Shown here piece after piece: positions 54,433-64,000 of a stretch of DNA of 64,000 nt. Source of the DNA: Octopus vulgaris (Eukaryota); NCBI GenBank assembly GCA_951406725.2, contig OX597816.1, positions 72,788,001 through 72,852,000 on the forward strand, given 5' to 3'. The notes under the pieces were generated by a model. The model searched no databases. It was not told the DNA's origin and was given only the letters and a program-made list of their open reading frames with translations. The translations under genes and the position numbers were made by a program. How positions within the stretch are numbered: the stretch's first letter is position 1; the number at the start of each line of letters is the position of its first letter.

Positions 54433-55908
54433 CATAGGTAAAGAGGACGGAAGGGTAGAAAGAACAGCCCAAAGAAAGAATGTAGGACAGGAAGAAAAGA
54501 AAACAGTTGGAAGGAAATAAAGAATAAAGAATAAAAAATGGTGAAAGAATTTACGAAAAATACGATAAAAAGAAATGCCGATAATAATATGAAAAGGCTC
54601 GGAAAATGTTAATGAAGTTTGAGGGCCTTATTAATGAGCACTATTATAATGCTTGCTGTCAGTAATGATTAGTGTGGTAATGATCGCTATAATAATTATT
54701 TCTATAATAATAATGACCCCAATAATAACGATTGCTGTAATAACAGTCACTATAATAATGATTAATATGATGATCAGTATTATAATAGACATTATAATAA
54801 TGGTCAATAGAATAGTGATCATTATAATAATGTAATAATGACTGATAATATAATGATATCTATAGTAAGAGTCGAGGGTAATGATCAAGGGTTGTAGCAT
54901 TGAGGCCATTTACGTTCTACTACCATCCGTAGTTATTGCTCTCTTTGGATCTTTGTTAGATCGGCGATTTCGTGTAATGCCTTAGGTTTTCATTGAATCA
55001 AAATCTCTAGCCTTATCCCAACCCAATTTTCTTTTCAGAATCTTTGTCTGTCAAGCAGTGCGAGAGGGTCTAATTCTGGTGACATGTTTGAGATCGTCAC
55101 CTAAGGTAATTCGGTATCAGTGTGAAATCTTTAGTTCTTTCTAGAATAGTGCTTCCAAGTGGAAGATAATTCGGATGTATCTGAACTTATGGGCACGTCC
55201 CACAAAACTGATGCTATGTCATATGTTCCTCAAGCAAAACTCATCTTCGTCTGAAGGTATACGCTCTAATTTGCGTCTTTGCGTCCTTTCACGATAAACA
55301 TCTATACAGAATTGATTTTCTTTCTGTTTGGTCTAAGCACAACGAGTGTACGTTTTCTGATCTAGTCTGACGATACATTTCTCCTCCTCGTTCATGTCTG
55401 TTGTTTAGTGAGACGAACTCAAGAGGTTTGTAAGCTTGGCAAAAGAAATATTTTGTGCTGAGTTATCACTATTGCTGCTTTGCTCTTTTGCTTGTTTTTG
55501 GTGGGGATGGAAATGATCAAATGTGAGCTTCGGTGATTGACATGTCATTGCTCTAGTTGTTGCTACTGTTGTTGTTATTTTTGCTGTTGTTGTTTTGCTG
55601 TTGCTGTTGTTATAGCTTCTGACACTGCTACTATTATTTTTAATTTCTACTACGGCTTCACCTTTAACTCATTCTCCTACATTTCTCTCTTGCTGGCTGG
55701 ATAAGAAAGACAAGACCATTCTGAAATTTTTAGTGCGAATAACAAAAGTCGATGGTCTGTTCCTTATGGCTCTAGTCAACCAAGAAACAGGGTAACAATT
55801 AAAATTAATGAAAACAGACTTCTAAGAAGGAAAACTAAAAGGAACGAGAACTTTCAAGACATGCTAATCTCCAGGCGAAAAAGTACAACAAAAATAATTC
55901 TTTCTGCA

Positions 55909-56183
55909 ATTTCGAGTGATGAAATCGTAGAAATTCTCCACCAAATCACTTTTGACTCTTTCCGGGGGTATGACAATGAGCCGAACCCTGTTACCATACA
56001 TGACTTTCCAGCAACAACCCTCTCCAGCTAGCGATTGACCACAATCTCCATCTGTATCACATAGCCTCTGAATTCAGCCTTAGGCTCTGTTCAAAGATGT
56101 GGGGTGGCATATTGTCATCTTCATTGGAGACACACCCAAAGATCATCACAGCTTGAGAGAACTTAGTTTTCATGATTTCCATG
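55909..56183 (-). pseudogene. Tc1/mariner-superfamily transposase fragment, maT/DD37D-like
   Basis: Minus strand MKTKFSQAVMIFGCVSNEDDNMPPHIFEQSLRLNSE, then (frameshifted) LERVVAGK..VW*QGSAHCHT..ENFYDF, matching the KF.ATVMVFG.VS..G.VMPPH.F / VWQQDSAP.H pattern. Confidence 0.75.
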
Positions 56184-57004
56184 TCACGTCTTACAGTCTT
56201 TACAGCGTTCAGAGCATTGAGCAGCAGCTATGGTGTCGACGTTTTGATGACTGATGCGAATCATCATAATACAATTAACTCTTTACAATATTCAAATGGC
56301 TTCCAGTCCTCCATGTCAGTTACCTTTTTCTCAACTACGACATTAATCTTTATCCTCTCCAACGTCGTTAACTTTTCATCAATATATTACGCTGTTCTTG
56401 AAAAAGGAGAGAAATAATCGTCAAATTTGGTCCGAATACACTGAATAAAAAATATATATTTATATATATTTATAAAGAGATAAATTAAAAATGTATGAAT
56501 AATAAATAAGACAGTCTCTATACACGCATAGGTGTCAACTTAGCAACTTGGTCGGATTAGAAATCCTAAGACTTTTACCTACCAGTTAACCATTGTTCTG
56601 AATGGGTGCATACAAATGTACCTGTAGGCAATTTTTCTTTTTCTAGTCTTGAAGGATCCCACAATCCCTGAGGCATACCTTTCATTGTCTGTAATATATA
56701 TATTAAATTCCTTTGTGCAAGGCCACCACTGATTGATCCCATCCAATTCGTCTCACTCGCCACCTCCTCATCATATAAGCTATTTTCTTATACCCTGTTC
56801 ATTCATAAGAGGAAACAGCAAACAAAGTTCTTTTTACATCTTGGATTAATGTGAGATTGAATGACTCCGTGAGTCGGAGTGGGACAAGACCTTCTGGTCA
56901 CAGACATAGTTGAAAGGGTTGGTGTATACCACGGCATAAAACGAAACTTTTCTCAACCAGAAATTATATATATATATATAATATATATATATTAATATAT
57001 ATTA

Positions 57005-57074
<70 letters not shown>

Positions 57075-57103
57075 GTGAATATATATATATATTTATATAT
57101 ACT

Positions 57104-57160
<57 letters not shown>

Positions 57161-57207
57161 TATGTGTACAACAAAAATATACGAAGCACGAGTACATGGA
57201 ACATCAA

Positions 57208-57503
57208 CTTGGGCAAGTGTCTTCTACTAAAATAGCGGACTAACTAAAGCTGTTTGAGGGAATTTGCTGGGCGGAAACTGAAAAAAAGTCCATCGTCTTT
57301 GTGTGTGTGTGTGTGTGTGTGTATGTGTTTGTCCCCCACCAACACTTGACAACTGGTGTTCGTCTGTTTATGTTTGGCAAAAGTGATCCATAGAATAAGT
57401 GCCAGTCTTAAAAAGAAACACTAGAGTCGATTCATTCGATTGGCTGTGCCCCAGCATGACCGCAGTCTAATGACTGAAACAAGTAAAAGCATACAAGAAT
57501 AAA
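57208..57503 (+). mobile_element. SINE family B, 5'-truncated
   Basis: CTTGGGCAAGTGTCTTCTACTA through TGACTGAAACAAGTAAAAG. Confidence 0.8.
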
Positions 57504-58121
57504 GAAGCTCCACAAAAAATAACCATCTGAAGAGTGCGGTAATTTTGGCACCTCAAGAAATAAACGCAAAGTGAATTTCACGGTTTTGTAGGCTTTTCGA
57601 CGACTTAAATAGTTCTTGCATGCTGGAATTGCTTCATTTCAACACACAGCCCTTTCCCCGCTTACCTATCTTTCCAAGTGAATTTAAGAGTTTTATGAGT
57701 TTTTAGATAGCTAAGTGGCTTTTCCACGATGTAAGTGTTTTAATTCTCAATAAACGTTCTCAGGTCATATCACTTAGCAAACAAGTACGACTCCGAAAAT
57801 AAAAAAAAAAAAAACTGAATTCGATGTACGAAAGAACTGAGGCTGTAAAGCGATAAAGTTGGTCATTTTTACTATTGTAATTAATGGTGGAAATAGATGA
57901 TGATAATAATGATGCTGATGAGGCTGATGGTGCTGATGGTGATGTTGACGACGACGATGATGACGACAACGACGATGATGATAAGAAAGAAAAAGGAAGA
58001 AAAGAATAATAATAACGGTAAAGGTAATGGTGAACCCCCCCATCGAACTAAGGTGCGCAAGTATGTATGTATGTGAGAATGGTGTGTGAGTGTGTATGTG
58101 AGAATTGAGGTGAGTCTAACG

Positions 58122-58155
<34 letters not shown>

Positions 58156-58316
58156 AAGGGGGTGAGTCTAACGCGCGTGTGTGTGTGTGCGTGTTGTGTG
58201 TTTGTGCATTGTGTGGCAGCTGATATGTGGTTCTTCAGGTGGTGTATACACACGTGTATGTGTGTGTGTCTGTAATCAAATAGTGCACATGTGTATAGTG
58301 TATGTTTGTGGGTGAA

Positions 58317-58362
58317 ACCCTTGTGAGCGGATTTGGTAGACGGAAACTGAAAGAAAGGCATC

Positions 58363-58401
<39 letters not shown>

Positions 58402-58845
58402 AAAGGAAAAATTATAAGGCAGAATGCTAAATTGAAAGTAAATTTTAATAAAAATGGGTATATGAAGAATTAAAAAAAGTAAAAATAATAAATGAGAACG
58501 GTATTCATTGCAAGGCAAATTTTCAAGATTTAGAAGAGGAAAAATTTTTTTTTTTTAAAAAGAGGAAGGGGAAAAAGAAATTTACAATGTTTTTTCAAAA
58601 AAAAAAAAAAATTAAATATATATGTATGTATATATGTGCGTGTGTATGTTTGTGTTTGTTCCACTGCCATTGCTTGACAACCGATGTCGGTGTGCTTATG
58701 CTCCGGTACCTTAGCGGTTCGGCGACAGAAAGCTTACAAAGAATAAGTCCTGGCGGAGGCTTACGAAGAATAAGTCCTGGCGGATGCGATTTCTTTGACT
58801 AAAAATTCTTTAAGGCGGTGCTCCAACATGGTGGCAGTCAAATGA

Positions 58846-58848
<3 letters not shown>
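58317..58848 (+). mobile_element. SINE family B with an A-rich insert in its internal (TA)n and a local tandem duplication
   Basis: CCTTGTGAGCGGATTTGGTAGACGGAAACTG; about 220-bp insert; GCTTAC.AAGAATAAGTCCTGGCGGA twice. Confidence 0.75.
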
Positions 58849-58933
<85 letters not shown>

Positions 58934-59052
58934 CCATGAGAGAAGTAAATAGGTTCTCTTATAATCGTTAAAATTTATTCAAATCTGAAATTATATATTC
59001 AAATTAGTTACTAATTGTTATAATTTGAATACTTAACATTTAGTGGACATAA

Positions 59053-59612
59053 GGTAGGGTGCTGGCAGAAACGTTAGCATGCCGGGCGAAATGCTTAGCG
59101 GTATTTCGCCTGCCGCTACGTGCTGAGTTCAAATTCAGCCGAGGTCAACTTTGCCTTTCATCCTTTCGGGGTCGATTAAATAAGTACCAGTTACGCACTG
59201 GGGTCGATATAATCGACTTTATCCGTTTGTCTGTCCTTGTTTGTCCTCTCTGTGTTTAGCCCCTTGTGGGTAGTAAAGAAATAGGTATTTCGCCTGCCGT
59301 TACGTTCTGAGTTCAAATTCCGCCGAGGTCGACTTTGCCTTTCATCCTTTAGGAGTCGATAAATTAAGTACCAGTTACGCACTGGGGGTCGATGTAATCG
59401 ACTTAATCCGTTTGTCTGTCCTTGTTTGTCCTCTCTGTGTTTAGCCCCTTGTGGGTAACAAAGAAACAGGTATTTTGTATGTTTACGTTCTGAGTTCAAA
59501 TTCCGCCGAGGTTGACTTTTCCTTTCATCCTTTCGGAGTCGATAAATTAAGTACCAGTTGCGTACTGGCTCCATCCCCCAAAATTTCGGGCCTTGTGTCT
59601 AGAATAGAAAAA
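59053..59612 (+). mobile_element. SINE family A internal trimer
   Basis: Units at 59101, 59285 and 59470 (period 184-185 bp); terminal CCCCCAAAATTTCGGGCC tail. Confidence 0.9.
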
Positions 59613-59614
59613 AA

Positions 59615-60610
59615 TATGTATTAGACATGCCCTTTTCAATGCAAGCCATGCTACTGATCAGATGCCGAATATTCCCTTGCGGAATTTGTTGCCAAGTTTC
59701 ATGCAGTAATCTCAAAAGATCTGGCTTTGAAGATGCTTTCTTGTTATTTTTATGAAGTGTCTTATCCATTATATTCCAGTAGTGTTCAATAGGGTTCATA
59801 TCTGGTGACTGGCTTGGCCATGGAACCTTGTTAATGCAATTTTCATCCAACAAATCTTTGGTCAATTTAGCCGTGTGACAAGGAGCCCCATCTTCCATAA
59901 ATAGTTTTCTTTAATCATTTCAACACTGGAGAAGATTGGAAAGAGTCCTTTCTGCAATATGGACACACATTTATCTGAGTTTATGCTTCTCTCACACTCC
60001 GCCAGCTCTGATTAACCATTGCTCCAAATTGCTCCCTAAACCATTACAGTGCAGCTGCTGTGTTTCATTATTGGCTGCAATCTTTTCACTTCAAATTCTT
60101 GATCACAGAGTCTCCAGACTAGCACTCGACCACTGTCAGGAAATACAGCAAAACTGGACTCACCAGAGAATATGACAGTGTCCTAAAATGCTAGTGGCTT
60201 CTCCACCATTGCACTGGCCCAAACTTTTCTCCGCTTGATGTTGGTTGTTCGAAGAAGTGGCTTCCTTCCTGCTGCTCTGCCATAGTAACCAAGTTTGGGA
60301 AGATGTATGACAGCTGTTCTGGTACTGACATAAACTTGTTCAGCTATGTCAGAGGCATTGCAACGAGGATTATCTTTCAGACTTCTCTTCGCAAAGTGGA
60401 AGGTCCTGTCAGAGGGCCCTGATTGATTTGGGCGAGGTAAAGTGGACTCCTTCCCCTCTCTGATGCAGTGAACAATCACTCTGTTAACTGTAGAAAGCAG
60501 GATCCCAAGGTTTTTTTTTCCGATTTTACGCTATGTCCCCCTTCAGGTTGACCCACCATACGACCTCCTGGAAATTCGGAGAGTTCCAAGACTTCTTTTG
60601 TACATGGCAT
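59615..60610 (-). pseudogene. Second Tc1 DD34E-type transposase pseudogene (TIRs not found)
   Basis: MPCTKEVLELSEF.GGRMVG, LGYYGRAAGRKPLL..NIKRRKVWA, VIFSGESSF, MEDGAPCH, WPSQSPDMNPIEHYW. Confidence 0.9.
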
Positions 60611-60738
60611 AATTAAATAGTCACATATAGAACCTGAAACAATAAATAATTAATAAAAAATATAAACCATTACAAGTTAGAACAAACATAAAACAATGTT
60701 TTATGATCTGTCTATTTACTTACGTCACGTCTGTGTGC

Positions 60739-60793
<55 letters not shown>

Positions 60794-61439
60794 GAGAAAG
60801 AGACAGAAAGAGATAAGTAGACAGACAGATAGATAGAGAGATAGATCGTTGCACAACCCTCTTCTTTCTCTCTCCCTTTTCTCCGCTTCACCAATCTTTC
60901 ACTGTTACTATATATGTGTGTGTGTGTGTATGTGTGTGTGTGTATGTGTATGTGTGTGTGTGTATGTGTGTGTATGTGTGTGTATGTGTGTGTATGTGTG
61001 TGTATGTGTGTGTATGTGTGTATGTGTGTGTATGTGTGTGTGTGTGCGCGCGCGCGCGTGTGTGCATGTGTGTGTCTGTCTGTTTAGTGTTTAATATATA
61101 TACATTGGCACGTGTGAGAGTGTGTATGTACATTAGCTGAGTGAGTGGCTATATAAATAGTTGTTTTGTGTATGTTTGTATAAGTAATTGTCTAATGTGT
61201 GAGCTATTAAACACACATTTCCGACACGGGCCATCAAGACAAACGTAAATATACACACGTATGTTTATGTACACTTATATGGGTTGTGTACAGTGTATAC
61301 CCAAAAAACACCTCGGAGGCACCTCATCACGTATACAAACTCGCAACTGTCATATCTTCGATTACATATATATATATAACTATATATATATATATATATA
61401 TATATAACTATATATATATATATATATATGTACAAATTT

Positions 61440-61519
<80 letters not shown>

Positions 61520-61723
61520 TTATACATATATATACGTATATTCATGTATATATATATATAAATATATGTATGTGTGTGTATGCATGCACCTATGTGTATG
61601 TGTGTGCATTATATATATATCTATTGCATAATAAAATGAAGCATTGTTGTTATTTATAAAAGAAATCACTATACTTCTGTATATGTATGTGTATATATAT
61701 ATCTACACACACACACATACATA

Positions 61724-61772
<49 letters not shown>

Positions 61773-61974
61773 ATACACACACACACATATACACACATAT
61801 GCTCACATACACGCACATACATTTCCCTTTCTTTCAAACCGTGCATGGTTCCTATCTAAGCACACAAACACAAACATATTTATATACACACAGTTATATA
61901 TCTGTCCATTCGTCCACCCATCCATCCATCCATCCATCCATCCATTCATTCATTCATCTATCCAGCCAGCCAGC

Positions 61975-62043
<69 letters not shown>

Positions 62044-62711
62044 ACGCAAACACACACACATACACGCAATAGTCCACAACAGTCCGCATACCCTGTTATA
62101 GACACAATATACAGTGCAGAGACCGACCGTTTCGTTGATTATTATTATTCGAACCGTGAAACGAAACCTAACGACCCGTGACAAAGGTGCGAGGCTGCAA
62201 CTGGCTTTCCTCCGTACCACAAGGTACCTATTGTTGCTAATAAACATTCGCGGTCTTACTGTTACCATCAAAGTGTACTTCCGTGAGAAAGGCAACATAC
62301 ACGCGGTTCGCTTTGTGTTGTTAGTCACCGAGGTTGTGTATTGTGTATTTTCTGTATTTTCGTATATGGCTTTGTATGTATTTATATGCATGTACGTATG
62401 TATGCTTGCAAGTATACAATCGTACGTACATACATACATAAATACATAAATACATACATACATACAGACAGACAGACACTCGGCACACAGAGGCATGTGT
62501 TGTGTATGCGTGCATTTGTATACTCACACATACACATATGTGCATATACAAATATATATAGATACATACATACATACATACATACATACATACATACATA
62601 CATACATACATACAGATAGACAGATGGATAGGCAGACAGACATGGAAATACATAAGACACACACACACACGTATATGTATCTATGTATATATAGGTGTAT
62701 ATATATATATA

Positions 62712-62751
<40 letters not shown>

Positions 62752-62793
62752 TGTATATACATATATATATGTGTGTGTGTGTATATATATACA

Positions 62794-62849
<56 letters not shown>

Positions 62850-63299
62850 GAGAGAGAGAGAGAGAGAGAGTGAGAGAGAGATAGACATGTGTGTATATAT
62901 ATATATATGCACTATGTATATATCCATATATGTATGCGTATGAGTTTCTTTCAAGTATACACATATATGTACATATTTTATATATATATATAAAATATCT
63001 ACATATATGTGTACATATTTATGTACATATATATGTATTCTATGTACATACACAGACACATGCACACACACACATTGGTTCCTGATTCCTGTGTACAAGG
63101 TAAAATTACTACATGCAAGCTGATGCAGGTAGTATATTCCGTCCCCTCCGACTTTTAGTTCATGCAATTGAAAAAAACTGCATTATTTATGGGCTGACCC
63201 AATATATATATACACACATATATATTTGTGTGTGTGTGCGTACATAGCAACATATATCCCCACCCTTTTCTATGTTACCCGAGCTCGCCAAGTTTATAC

Positions 63300-63830
63300 A
63301 CCTCTACAATCTCCCTTTATACCTTTTCTACTTCAATTTACTACTCTTTGATCCTATGCATCCTCCGCCGCATCTAGTACGACCCTAACACTTTCACTCT
63401 CTTTTCATATACAACCCTCCTCTCATGCATGCGCACTCGTAACCTCGCGTCTTATCCGCCCATAGCTCCCTGCTGTTTTTCCCTAGCCGTTTTCTCCTGG
63501 CTTCTCCTTTAGATCTCGGTACCTTTGTCATATATATTGGTACCTCACCAACAATACCTTCCACATTTCACGTTCTTTCACTTTCACCTTAAATGGCTAA
63601 ATGGCGTCATCTACTGTCTTCGGTTTTCCCTCTTCGATAACTTTTATATCAGACAAACCGGCTGCCGTTTAGCGGTCCACTTCACGGAATATATCCGCGA
63701 CATCGGAGACCGGAACTCGGGCTCTTGCTTCTTCCACTCCTCTGACCTCCTCACACATGCTACTCTGAGGTTTTGGTCTTTCACAACGCAGCAATATTTT
63801 TACTCCTTCAAAAAACTACGTACCTTTCTG
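63300..63830 (+). pseudogene. Degenerate Neptune-like PLE linker + GIY-YIG fragment
   Basis: DPNTFTLF..R.RNL, FHISRSFTFT, GVIYCLRFSLFDNFYIRQTGCRLAVHFTEYIRDI, resembling NVIYCI.C..C...YIGETGR.L..RF.EH.R.I. Confidence 0.78.
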
Positions 63831-63910
63831 TCTCAATTCACTACCCATACTTGTCTAAAAATCTCCTCTGAAACACACACCGCATACATTGCACACACAC
63901 CGCATACATT

Positions 63911-63946
<36 letters not shown>

Positions 63947-64000
63947 CACACACATACACACAGTTGCACAGACAAGTCCATATAATAAGACAGACATAAA

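Noticed and set aside
54900-55440. Possible ancient LINE RT remnant on the minus strand (HKFRYIRIIF)
   Set aside because: Only a faint resemblance to the FKYLG motif, with many stops.
59101-59560. CRISPR-like or satellite array
   Set aside because: Units are 185-bp SINE segments without unique spacers, in a eukaryotic context.

Overview
This is AT-rich, microsatellite-saturated animal DNA with no recognisable host protein-coding gene, so it is probably intronic or intergenic. The repeat landscape strongly suggests an octopus/cephalopod genome (inference from recalled repeat types; no search was run). Nearly all ORFs in the track are (TA)n/(TG)n/(GATA)n/trinucleotide artefacts. Identifiable content: (1) several tRNA-derived SINE families, labelled A-E here, with modular head/tail shuffling, internal multimers and same-site stacking; (2) a full-length DD34D mariner, a full-length DD34E Tc1, a second Tc1 and a maT/DD37D-like fragment; (3) an RTE-clade LINE 3' end with three C2H2 fingers nested inside a SINE; (4) Penelope-like elements (PLEs) of at least three types; (5) several long fold-back hairpins in (TA)n tracts; (6) a probable 2.7-kb micro-inversion scar. 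The most notable locus is 15944-17862 (-): an uninterrupted 335-codon GIY-YIG endonuclease ORF with a splice-acceptor-like 5' edge, followed downstream by a well-formed type I hammerhead ribozyme (16156-16241). Four further hammerhead-like motifs sit in short PLE-like remnants. Element boundaries were read by eye and may be off by a few bases.
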